Source: Lingula anatina
Lineage: Eukaryota; Animalia; Brachiopoda
Reading direction: 5' to 3'
Length of the DNA stretch: 64,000 nt
Assembly (NCBI GenBank): GCA_051362555.1
Contig: CM120640.1
Span: 24,166,225-24,230,224, forward strand
Below the pieces are notes generated by a model. The model was not told the DNA's origin, made no database searches, and worked only from the letters and a program-made list of their open reading frames with translations. Within the stretch, counting starts at the first letter, position 1, and each line of letters opens with the position of its first letter. Below are positions 28,957-41,600 of the stretch, piece by piece. A program made the position numbers and the translations under genes.

Positions 28957-30499
28957 GATAATGATGATGTAGTCAATATATATCCTACTTGCAAATTGTC
29001 AACAAAGATCAAAATACCCTAATCATAACTCCGTCGGACAAGAACAGTGATTCTATTACAATTAATATGTCACTTTTTCCATAATCAGTACATACTCATT
29101 AGAAGTGAAGCTTGGAATGAACGACAAATACACTATTTTCGAAGGTAAACACTGCCGCGCTCACCTGCATGCTTTTCTCAGCCTCGATTTCATTCATTCG
29201 CCCGAAGGTCACAGTGAGGTCAAGGTGATCAAAACGTGTTTCACTCACTCAGGCCCTTCGCTGTTTTTCCTTTCTTGTGTCTATTTTCATTGAATAACAT
29301 TTTGCGTTTCATGAAAATAAAATGTGATTTCAAAGAATGCATTATGTCATAGCTCAAAAGTAACGAAAACTAAGGATTCCGCAGTTTTACCTGAATAATA
29401 AATCATTTGAGTGTGGCAGCCATGCCGCATTTTCCAATTTTGCTCGTTTTCGCCTACACGCATCTAGGAACGAAAGAAAAAAGAAAGCAGTTGCCCTCTG
29501 CTCTGAATGCAGATCAGCTAACACAATTTTAGAAATAAATGTGCGTTTGAGAGGAACGGGTGGTATTTTGGATATTTGTTGTTTTTATTATTATTACGGC
29601 ACAGGTGTGAATTATTGGCAGGAAAGTACATTAAAACATTTTTATGTTCGAAAGGTTCAAAAGTTATTAAGTTCACAGGTGTGAATGTCATCTCAAAGGA
29701 CACTATTTTAACAACATCTTCAATTCAGTGAGAGCCCTTTCTGTTCTTATTTGAATGTCTCTGGAACTGGTCAATTGTACTTCATTGTAAATATGGAAAT
29801 ATTTTTAAAATGTCCTTTAAAATAATTACCATAGAGGAAAGAGGGAGGTTGTAGTCTCTCAAACAATTCTAAGATTAAATAACTTTTTTTTTATTTAAAT
29901 GACTTTGAAGGTAGTGTTTTGCAAATTATACTTTGTGGTCAAAAGATTTTCCTCACCACTACACAAAGAAAATGAAAAGCAAAATGAAGATGTGGTTGGT
30001 TGGATAGAATGTAATTTTTAATTAATCTCCAAAAATCTGGTTGCTCTGATTCTTGACTACCCCTCTCCCTCCAGTGGAAAACCTGGATCTGAGACCTTGC
30101 ACTTTTGAACACTATGCAACAATTGCCATGTAGTTTTCTTGGTTTGTTAGCAGTAATAATATATCCAAGGGATAAGATGGCCATACTCACAGATCTTACA
30201 AATTGATAGAATCTGGAATTATTAAAATTGCTTTTTTAATAGAACTGATGCAATTTGCAGGTTTCAAAACAAAACTGGATAGTTTAGAAACAAGTAAATG
30301 CAAGGGAGGAAAGGGTTGAGTACAACTGCATTCCATTTTACACAAATTGAAATACCCCTCGTCCACTCTTTTCAGCATTTTAACATGTTATAAATGACAG
30401 CCATATAAGCTTGAATAGCTCAGGTTAAACAGTATTGTGAAAACTGCAAATGGCATAATAAGAAACAACAAACTCAAAAACTTCAAATGCCAAACAGGG

Positions 30500-30505
30500 T
30501 TTAAT
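30500..30505 (-). terminator. Candidate MYPT1 distal poly(A) signal (ATTAAA)
   Basis: ATTAAA on minus followed by a G/U-rich tract (gtttttgagtttgttgtttc); one of several possible sites. Confidence 0.35.
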
Positions 30506-30884
30506 TACTTGATAGATTCATTGCTAACATCTACTTGATAATGCATCAAACATCCCCATGGCCACAGAGAGCCATGAGATTATCAACTGACAAAGATTGT
30601 TATGCTACATTCAGGTATAGATTTGATATTAAACTTAACAGGGAATACATAGCATCTACACACTTGTGGCCCGTTCATGCATATCTCTCAAGTGAAATAT
30701 TCCCCTGGTGGTACCAGATTAAAGCAGCTGTTCTATAAAAAAATTCACATGACTAGAAACGAAAAGTGAAAAACCCCTTTTCAGCAGCCTCAAACTAAGA
30801 ATCAACTCTTCCATGACAACCAGCTATACACAAGTAAAACCAATATAACTGCTTAACACAGAACTTATGCCATAAATCTGCAAG

Positions 30885-32587
30885 CCTTGGGTCCAGCGTG
30901 TCACCCAAGGAGGCTAACCCATATCATCATGTAGTCTGTTCTTCTTTGTAGTCAACAGGACAACAACGAAGAACATCACACCAATAGTACAGAAAGCAAC
31001 TGGTGCAGATTCCTCAAACCGTTAAGTGCTCACAGCAGTTTTAAAATAATAATAATAATGTCCCTTGCATGACAAGAAAAGGAGCAAGGTCTTAGTGGTT
31101 CAACAACCCCAAAGGCCCAACACCCTCTTCCTACCCTTGGAGCAAAGATGCTTCTTCTCTCCATAGGTCCCATGAATATCAAAGCCAGTATTTTGTATGT
31201 GCACATCATTTTGGTGAAGACAGCTGCTTGCATTGATTAAAATAGCACTGTCATGGTGTTGGTAAAAAAAATTTCTGAAAAAAGTTTTTAGATACAAGTG
31301 GTGGTGAATTAGTTTTTTAAGGTGTCCAGAACAAGTTTGCAATTCAAAAAATCCCAAAAATGATATAGCCTGACAAAATAAAGCTAGGATACCAGGTGCA
31401 TGCATGGATACAATTTGAAAGCCCAGCTAAGATGCTGTGGTGGCAAAGAGGCACATTACCAGATGTTTCAACAAGAACCACTTCAAAGTCATCAAAGCCA
31501 GGCTTTCACAATAACAACAAGTGACATATCTATGAGAGATGTTTTACTGGTGTGCAAACCCAGGATCCAACGTGTCACCCTGGGAGTCTGAAACCTACAG
31601 AAACTAGTGCACACCAGCCAAGTCATCTCCAGATATATGACACATGTAAAAAGAAATACCCAATAATCCCAAGCAAACCAAGGTGATTCGGTTCCCACCC
31701 TGCTGCAGAAAAGGTGGTGCCATGTAACAATTGGCATTTTGCTGAGCAGCACACAGAGACTGTCTGCCAGGCATCCTGACCCCACTAACTCTGGTGGTGG
31801 ACTGCTGTGGGATATGGAGAACCACAGTACAAACTAGAGTGTCTCAACACAAGCTTTAGGTCCAGCGTGTCACCTAAAGACACCCTGTAGAGCTGGCAAA
31901 CACTGAAACCAGTCCCCAGGGACTATCATGTAGCAGTGACACACGGTTATACCGTGGTGTTAAATCTACATACTTTGTTATAGTGCCACTTGATGCTGCT
32001 GAGCATGTCCTTATCCTGTCAAGCTATGCGTCACCTTAGATCCAACGTGTCACCTTAGGAAGTCAACAATGGCAACAAAGCCACTGCAACTTAAGTTCAA
32101 CAGGTAGGCATAGAAAAGAAGCATTAGTGACACCATAGAAATTATGCAGACTCCGAAAATTCATTAGGTGCCTCTTAATGAATGTACATTTACATGAGGG
32201 GACATATCAAAAGGACACGAACCCCTGATGCAAAAGTACATCACATTCTTGATGTTCTATTTTTTTGCTTCCACCTTGAAGCAAATAATGCCTTAGTGCA
32301 GAAACAAGTTGCCTCACCACTGTATGCAAACTCTAGGTCCAACATGTCACCTAGAGAGACAGCACTGTCATTGTCCATATGACCCAACCATCGACACTCT
32401 AAAAATGTCGCTGACAGAAGATGCCAGATAGACACAAAACAGGTGTAACTAATGCATACATATAATACAACTCATCCTGGAATATGTACAGATGATGATT
32501 TCAATGAGGATCAAGCAACAAACCACTGTCACTATTGGCTATTTTGTCATAAATGCACAGGCCCTAGATCCAACATGTCACCTAGGG
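30885..32587 (-). repeat. Array of six dispersed 26-nt stem-loops, probable structured RNA elements in the MYPT1 distal 3'UTR
   Basis: Copies at 30885-30910, 31559-31584, 31854-31879, 32034-32059, 32331-32356, 32562-32587; 8-bp stems with compensatory changes; loop GACAYGYUGG on the minus strand. Confidence 0.85.
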
Positions 32588-35534
32588 AGTTTTCAGAAAA
32601 AATTCCATATGACGATAAACAAAATTCCTGCTGAAACAACTGATGTGCATCAATAAGTCATAGTCAGTAGACTGCCAGTGACATGTTTCATAACCTCATG
32701 ATATAATCACCTGTTTGGGTCATGCAGTATGAAATGAGAAAAGTTATCCAAAAGGAAAACCTTGTGATTTCATACTGCATACCTCCAATCACAACCCCCT
32801 GACAAATATAAATACCAGTAGGAATTGTGCAACATTTAACAAATACAAACATCCAAAAATGTCAACAATACAATAAAATTGTCTACCTTCACTACTTGTA
32901 AAAATACTTGACAAATTCATTTGCATCAGAAAGGGGTAACATGTTCAACTGATATATCCCCCTTACAAACAAATGTACACACATCAATATAATACAGCAT
33001 AAGCCAATATGTACAATAACAACCAAATAAGATTCACAGTTGTCATATAGAGACTCTGGGGTATCTTTCTTTTGCACTTCAGTTCATACAACGTTATTCT
33101 TCCACTGAGATCAGAATCCCCTTGAAATTTCCAGCCTATATTGTCTTCTTATATCTCACCACTGTTCAATCAATACTGAGATCAGTATCCAAAGTTTTAT
33201 CTGTCTTAGAAACTTGGCACAAATAGGATTTACGAGTGCAAAACTGACCGTATGTATATGAGTTGCAAGTACACCGATTCTACATTTACTGTCTACCAGC
33301 TATCTTACAAAATGTATAGTACATCATACATATAATACAGCCTGGGGTTTATGCATTCCCCAGGTACAAAAATAATGCTATCAAAAATAAAAGTTCACAA
33401 GATTTATGTATTTACAAAGAAGCATTTTACATCCAATAACAGTCAGGGACATAAATATAATAACAATTTGTCCATTAGGTTTTATGATAAAATCTTAAAT
33501 AAGCTGGTTGTCATGGAATAATCGTGCTACAGAGGCTGTCTTATTATAAGGCCATTCAAATCCCTTAATATTATAACTTTAACTGGTACCACCAATTCAA
33601 ACACCCTTCACTACACACCCAGGCCACATAAATATGCTAACTACATAAATTAGCAAGGATGCATTTAAAGAAAAAAAAGGTTTGTATGCTACATATATGA
33701 AGCAATATCCATTTGAACAGTATCATTGCTGTTAACTGCATGCTTCAGCTGCTTATAAAACACACTGACAAAAGACGGGATGAAAACTGCACCTTCCATA
33801 TACTTAGGAATCTGTGCATTCACACACTGGAACTTCATATTTTTTATCCAATGTTATTACGTTTCTTCACTCCCTACGTGGAGAGCCGTAATCCATTAAT
33901 ATTTAGCCTTATCGACAATACTGACATGAAGGAATTCATCCACTCTGTTCGGTGACATTTGTGGAAGCCATCATGACAAACAACTCCAATTCCACTGTAC
34001 TTTGGGTAGTAAGCCTCCAATCTTGTACAGAGAAGTGTGCATTCAATCCCCAGAGGAAATGGGAGGTACTGATTGATCAATTTTGTTTAGAATTTCAAGC
34101 TTGTTTTTAATTTTTGAAGCATGTGATAAAAAACAGCCAAAAAAGCACTTATTTACCAATAGACAAAGCAAAATCACGATTTAACATAAAAGATTAGTCA
34201 ATCAGTTTGGAATTTATTAACCCACAGGAGATTTCTCCCTTTGACCAATGCACACTTAAAAACTTGCAATGACTTGCTGATAAATACACCTTTCCTTTCA
34301 AATATTCAATGTCTTAACAGCTCCAGACAAAAGTAATTCATAGTCGTCACATAAACAACAATGCAAACTCCAATTGCTGTGCAAAAAACATATTGCACAA
34401 TGTACTAGGTTATAGCCAAGATATAGTAAATATCACTTAGATCACATCTGAACAGGATTGTAGCTAGTGCAGGGTGGGTTGGGTGGGAGTGGCACGCCTG
34501 TTTTTTATTTCCAAGTTTCATTTTTAACTTTTTCTTTCAATCCATTGTATGAAACACTTGAACTGCACATAATGCACAACCAAATGTAATTTTTAAAGTG
34601 CATAAATGATGTCTCAAAATGAACTAGACCTAGAAGGAAATTGATATTATTCTGCGTTTTAATATTTTCACAACTGTTACTGTGCACAGCATATGTACAG
34701 CAGATGCTCTCTGCATCAATAGTGAGTGAATCAACAATCTTCCACTTTGCTTAGTGCGGAAAGGTGTTTGTAATATACAAAACATACACTTATATAGCAC
34801 TAGGTAAACTGTTTTAATTATGCTCTCCCCTTTTTTTCTGAGACAGTTTGTAATACTAGCCAAAATGAGCATATTACGTTCGAATATTTTATAAAATAAA
34901 AACATGAAGTGCTAAAAGAAATTAAAGTAGGGATGCTCTGGCCGGGTGAGCCCAGGATTATTTTAAAGTAATTTCAGTGGTCATCTTACAAACAGTCAGA
35001 TTCCATCAGAGAAGTGGCCATGGTGTTATCCAGATTTCTTCCATATCAAAAGAGATGCCACCCCACCCAACTCGGACCAGCCCTGTGGTTGTCAACACTA
35101 TTTACATGACCAAACTTGAGATTATTTTATCTGTACAAGGAAGACTAGCACTCTATACTCTTCATATATTAATGCAGTAGAAATTCACGAGAACTCCAGT
35201 GTTCTCACAACTACAGTCTACGGGCCTCTTTAATATGGAGGCAGCTATGGCTCTCCCACCTAGTCCAGCCGTATGTTGCTGGGAGAGAGGAATAGCTACC
35301 TCCTGAAGAGGTCATCCGACTCTGCTGTTGGTGATGGCAAATTGTAAGCTGATGTGATGGTAAAATGACAAACAGTCAGTGCTGTATACATTTTTTAGTG
35401 AAACAGTGACCATGGTTGCATGAAGTCCAGAAAAGAACACATCCATTATGGATGTGTCTGGGAATGAGCAGGGTTGGATGTAAGTCTGTGCAAATGAATA
35501 AAGAGAAGTCTTTCGGCACAACTCTTCTTTTTTA

Positions 35535-35621
35535 TCATTTTGATAATTTGCTAATAACTCGTATTAATGCTCCATTCTCTTCTTTTAGTCTCTGGTTATC
35601 TTGCTTGAGTGTTTCCATGAG
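35535..35621 (-). CDS. PPP1R12A: MYPT1 canonical terminal leucine-zipper exon
   Basis: LMETLKQDNQRLKEENGALIRVISKLSK*, TGA followed by TAA. Confidence 0.93.
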   Translation of the reverse strand, partial: LMETLKQDNQRLKEENGALIRVISKLSK

Positions 35622-38600
35622 CTAGGGAATAAAAACATCAGAAGATGATGAGCATACTACATAGGAAAATACATCTTCTTCTGTAAATCATTTACTTATA
35701 AATCTGTTATTATTCTAAGTAAACAACTGTTACATTGTCACTATTTAATAAAACACCTATATGTAAAACATCCATATCAGCAACTTACACAAAAGGGGAT
35801 AAAACTCACATTAACTTATTCTTTACCATTATTAATCAGTTATTAAGTTATAATAGTAACACCAATGCAATTAACTAAATACAAAAAAAATAAAAAATAA
35901 AAAAGGTCTAAATTTCTACCATCAAATAATGTCTTGTCAACAAAACATTGCAATTAAAACCTAAGCATATGCCTCACTAACACTGCAGTAAGTGGGAGAA
36001 AGTGTTGATAAAGGATGACCTACAATTTTGAACATGTGAAAGGCTGTCATAATCATAAACAAGAAATTCACATTTAACAAACTTGCAAAGGATTTGAAGA
36101 CATCACAGTTATTCCAAAAGATTAAGAATTAGAGGGAAGAAACGAGGAAGCATGCTCTATTTTGACAAATTTGTTCTTGTTAAAAGTATCCCATTCAATG
36201 ATTTTACTTCAATGAATGAGGAACTCTCTTTCACCATGGTAATGCAAATTTTGGAAAGAGAAAAAAAAGCAGGCAAAGAAGGCAAGACAGATGGGCGTGC
36301 CAGATTCTATCAAATCTTCATTGATACATTGGATTACATAATTTTAACCATTCTCTTACTTTTTGTTGTTTATACTTTTCATTTTTACTTTTCTCCTGCA
36401 GCAAGCAGAAATCTCCACAACAAAGCATTATTAGGTAAAAAACAATTGAAAACAGCTGTTTGCAACACTGATTCGGTTTTGGCTTTCACTCTGAATGGGA
36501 TGGCAAAATCTGAAGCATGCACAAAGTAACGGGTCTTGCAATTGGTACACATGTATATACAATGCACTAAGACACACAAGGCAATGAATGACCAAAAAAT
36601 GACAATGACTACAAACAGAACCCCTGTTTAAAGATACAAGTACATCATAATTACTTAATCTGGAATGTGTGTCATAGGTTCACCGTACATGCATCTAATC
36701 TGAAAAATTGCATCTAAAACAAGTAATAAAAAAAAATGCATGCTGCATTGGATCAGAACTTTCAACAGATCACTGGGTGCAAAAATTGGGGTTGGGAAAC
36801 TCAAGCACAGAACTGTGTGTTACCTAATGTTTGGATAGTCTGGCAACAACCCGAGTCAAAGCCTTATTTTCCTCTTTTAATTTTGCATTTTCTGCTTTTA
36901 TACTTTCCATTTGCTGAAAAGTACCAGAGAGAAAAAGAGAGAATATAAATATGTGAAAGAATGAAAGGCCCACGTGTGACACCCAGTTAAGTTGCAAAAA
37001 AAGGTGCAAGGGAACTGAAATGTAGGGACTGTACAGGGGGACCACTAAGCATATGCTGGTCATCTTTCAAAGGATCCAGCAACTTAATGTAAGACACCAG
37101 GAAGCCCTACTGGTTTCAACAGAGATATAAAAGGTGGATGAGTCTAGTACATCTGAAGAAATGAACTGAGAGAAAACAGCTGCCTGTGTGACAAGACACT
37201 GCACTCAAGGTAAAGCATAAATAAATAAATAAATGAAGTCAAGGAGCAGCCTGCTTACCTTTAATTCTTCTTCATATTCTGATAACTTTCTTTCTAGTGC
37301 CCTTCTTTCCTGTAAGATCCAAGTATTTAATAAATGCAACAGAATTGCTCTAATTTCATCTCATGTGTAATTGAAAAGTAACATGTTACCTTACAATGTC
37401 TCTGATGTTCTTAAGGGTAACTGAATCTCTTGATGGAAGAAAAACAAAAGTACACAAAGAATACAACAGAGAACTACAAATTGTTGTTAAGCTTAATCGT
37501 AAACTTTAATTAGATAATAAGATACCTTTATGCTTCTTTCAACAGAGATCCGTTATATTCTAATTTTATGTGCTGAACTCTCTATTACTTACTCTTTTAT
37601 CTGAAGTTGAACTATCTACCACCCGTGTATCGTTCTTTTGTTTTAGTTTTTCACTCTCTAACTTTGACTCTGACATTTCTTGTTGCAGCCTCTGAATTTC
37701 TTTCCTAAGTTTCTCATTTTCTGCTTTTTCTTCTTCATATAACTGTGGAAATAAAATTCAATAATGACACTAAACCTAAATATACATGTAGGTAAACCAT
37801 CCATTGTTACAAAATGGACAAGAAAACTAAATAATAAATATATCTCCTGCTCAACTGGGAATATTTTAGAAAGAAAAAAAAAACACTTACCATAGCAATA
37901 AATATGCAGTAAATTAAACACCTTTTTGCAAAAACATCTACTCTCAAAATCTGAAAAGCTGGACTACTTAATTCAAAATCAAAGAGTATCAGCTAATCCT
38001 ATTATGCAGTAAACTGCAGGTCAACATATACAAACTGCACGGAAACTATAAACAATCACAGTGAAGTGAGCAAAACTGATCATAACTGAATTAATTTGGA
38101 AATTGAACTTGAGTGAGACATTCACATAATAAAAAAAACTTCACTTCCAATTTGATGAAAATCCATCAACTACAGAAGATGGTGCATGGCTTAAAAAAAA
38201 GGACAGAAACATATTATCATTTCCACAGACACAGGCTTAAATCAGAAAAGTAATTTCCTCAACATCAACAGATTGATTTCAACCCACATATTATTTCAAA
38301 GGAACTTCAAAGGAATTTAAAAATTCACTTCAACAGTTATTTAAACATTAATTCTTGCAAAGAAAATAGTAATCAATGAACTGAGGACTGAGGAATTATG
38401 TTCAGAAAGAAATATGAATATTGAAATATGAAACATGCAACAGGTTTAAACCATAAACATTTCCACTGATCACCTGAAAATGCATTGCATGGTCAATTCT
38501 GATACACAAAAACATTATTTACTTTTTTGTATTCTTTTGCACTGTCTAAGGAGGATGAGCTGGATCGTGTATAAGCTGAGTATGAAGCAGGTCTTTCTCG

Positions 38601-41600
38601 TTCTGTCCTTTCTGTCCTGTCTGTCCTATCTGTTCTACCAGAGGAGGAGTACCTATCTGAGCCCTCTGAGCCTGCACCATATCGAGAACCTGTGCTGTAC
38701 CTTGAACTGGCCTACAAGACAATAATGGTTATAAAGGAATGAGTTGAAATTAATACAATATCATTCATAGGTAAATATGTCTTATTGAGCTATGTTCTAT
38801 TAACCTGTGAATCAGATGTGGGTTTTCGGATGCAGAGTACACTTTCCTTCCACAATATGAAATAAGAGAAGTTTTGTGGGCTCGTCTCCAAGACAAACCT
38901 TCTGGTCAAATTTATCATACAGTGCACTTCACACCTCTGCAATCCAAATAAACCTGTCTAGAAAGTCTGGAAAGTCAAGGTGCCCATGATTGCCTTATTA
39001 CTTTTAAACTCTCCAACCACATCTTTATCCATGTGTAATAATTGCCTGCCATCATATTTTAGTGATATATAATCAAATTTCAACCACAGAAGGATGTGGT
39101 GTCCCACCTGTTACCACGTCTACCATTACATGACATTTCCAGCAAGCAGCCTCAAGTCACGGCATACTCACCATGGAAAAGGAAAGAAATGAGAAGGAAT
39201 TCGGTTCCTCTGTAACATATTGCAATAACATTAAACACTGGGATTAAAATATCAAAAATAGAGATAAGCTAACCACAATTTGTAGAAATTAAAGTGGCAT
39301 TTCAGATAAGACGGCATGGTCAGCTTTGGTAATTAACCTTTTTACAACCAGACAATGTTTACAAGAGGATTAACATGCCACAGCAAATTCAGCATATCCA
39401 ATTTTCTGTCATACTTAACTACCCTGTGCCCTCCAGAATAAACAGCAGTTGTCATTTCTAATCCATCTCCCAGTAAATGACAGTACGAATGTCAACAACA
39501 TAACTAAAGGGAACTGACAATCATCTACACAGCTGTCGAGATGAAAGAAAAATGATTTCTTTTGACATCGTTGTCATCCATCTCCATTAGTAATTGAGAT
39601 GTCAACACTACATTTGACTAATGGACCTATTTACCTCATCTCTATGTAAGGACAGAAAAACCTCAGTTTTCAGCCTTTGCTTCTGCATTCCTACACCTAC
39701 ATGTGGGTCCAGTCAACTCATGTACAGTATAAAATGCTGTCACCCCAATTGCACAGTGACAACTAGCTGTTTAATATTTGATTTGATATACATAAATAAT
39801 GCAAAATTACATGCTGTGAGCATATTATAAACCCTTAATCTGCTCTAAACTGCCTTGCATTCAGAGGGATATTCATCCAAATCTGATGATTATTGAATCT
39901 GTGTAATGTTTTGTAATCACTTAAAATGCTGTAAAACCAATTATTTCCTGATGTGTTTATTGCATTTTTTGCCTGGGTTAATAAAAGTTACATTAATGTT
40001 TAGCTTTTTCACACTAATTCCCACAGTGATGTGTGTTAACCAGTTCCATGTGGTGTGTATGTAAGGTTTTACTCCTGACATTTGAAGGTTGAAGTTTCTG
40101 CATTAATCATGTGTTCATTTTGATGGCGAAAGCAGATTACAGCTTTTCCAAACTTGGCAAGAAACCTTATTTTTGACCTCGAAAACTGCAGCTAGAATTT
40201 CAATTTAGAAGATGATTCATCTGAATGTGTTATCTTTAATTATTGTTTGTTTTACATTCTAAAACTAGACTGCTGCAATAGCATAACCTTTGACAGTAAC
40301 AACTGGAGTTATGTAATGAAACCATCTTGCCTTTTAAATGCCAATCCAATCTTATATATAGAATGTATGACTATATATTCATATCTCCACTATGGGGGTT
40401 CTTAAAATATGGAAATAATATGGGGATAGCTAGCTGTAGGATGAATGCTCTTCAAAATGATCTAAATACCCAAATGAACTGATATATCATCTGCTTCAAA
40501 CTTTCCAAGGCCAGAGAAAGACCACAGTTATCAGAACCTTTCCTCTTCGTTATCTCTACACAAACAAGTGTGTATAGCATAAAACATAAGATATCTTCTC
40601 AATTTCCTAGAAGAGCTATGGAATCAGTTAGCCTAATGTTACACAGATATCTCAATGTACTAGGACTACCTCCAACTCTCAAACACTTGCCTTTAAGATG
40701 GACTTCAACAAGAATCTGACATTTAGCAAAGAAAATAAAGCTAATCTTAAAATAGGTCCAAAGTTAACAGAAGTTAGTAAAGAGACTTTGAGATGCAGCA
40801 CACCTTGGAATATCTATCTATATTTAGATTTAATCCTTTTTCATTCCCAAACAACCAGCATGACCCAAATAATATACAGACTGTAGACTGTACCCCAATC
40901 CATCATATCAATTATATAAACATCCTGCCAATATACCTGTACACTTCTATTTGGGCAGTACATCACTACAGAGCAAGCCATATACTATTATATAATAATA
41001 ATAATAATAATAACATATTCCGAAAATTCAAAAGAACTCAAAACATTTCCTTACACTTCCTATACTTGAGAGGCTACTTGTGGACCCAGACCTGGACTGG
41101 TAACCTGGTGAATTTAGTCCTGAGGAGTAATTATTTGGAGCTAAAGTCGACCCATACGAGCCTGAGGAAGAGCCAGAGGCCCCAGTTCCACCATAACCAG
41201 ACGATCCAGAGCTGTACGATCCAGGGATGTATGTTGATCCTGTACTACCTGTCCCATAGGAACTGGAACTGTAAGGACTCGAGTATGACCCTGGCACGTA
41301 TGACGATCCATGTCCACCTGATCCATATGTGGTTCCATATGTGTATGGTGAAGTATAGGAAGAGCCTGCACCTCCAGTATATGAACTAGCTGGACTATAA
41401 CGGCTGGAGCCATATGATCCATATCCTCCACCATAAGACATACTGAGGTGCCAAGTTACGGATTATTACTTAAATTACTGGAAATATTCTGTGGTCTGAT
41501 AAACAAGTTCCAATGCCTTCAAACTTCAGCAAACATTGCCCAGGGATTAACACAGCCAATAATAGGATCAGCATCCAATTCTGCAAATCAATCTCATCCT

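Noticed and set aside
30885-32587. Hairpin array as a CRISPR array, IRE, SECIS or Helitron ends
   Set aside because: The locus is eukaryotic with long irregular spacers and no cas genes. The loop lacks CAGUGH (IRE), the geometry does not fit SECIS, and no CTRR terminus follows the hairpins.
37526-37559. Second candidate microexon with donor AAG|gtatc
   Set aside because: The acceptor is only ~33 nt from the upstream donor and has no polypyrimidine tract.
40793-41434. Overlapping ORFs 40793..41389(+) and 41141..41434(-)
   Set aside because: Shadow frames of the G/S/Y-rich exon, with no recognisable composition or splice support.
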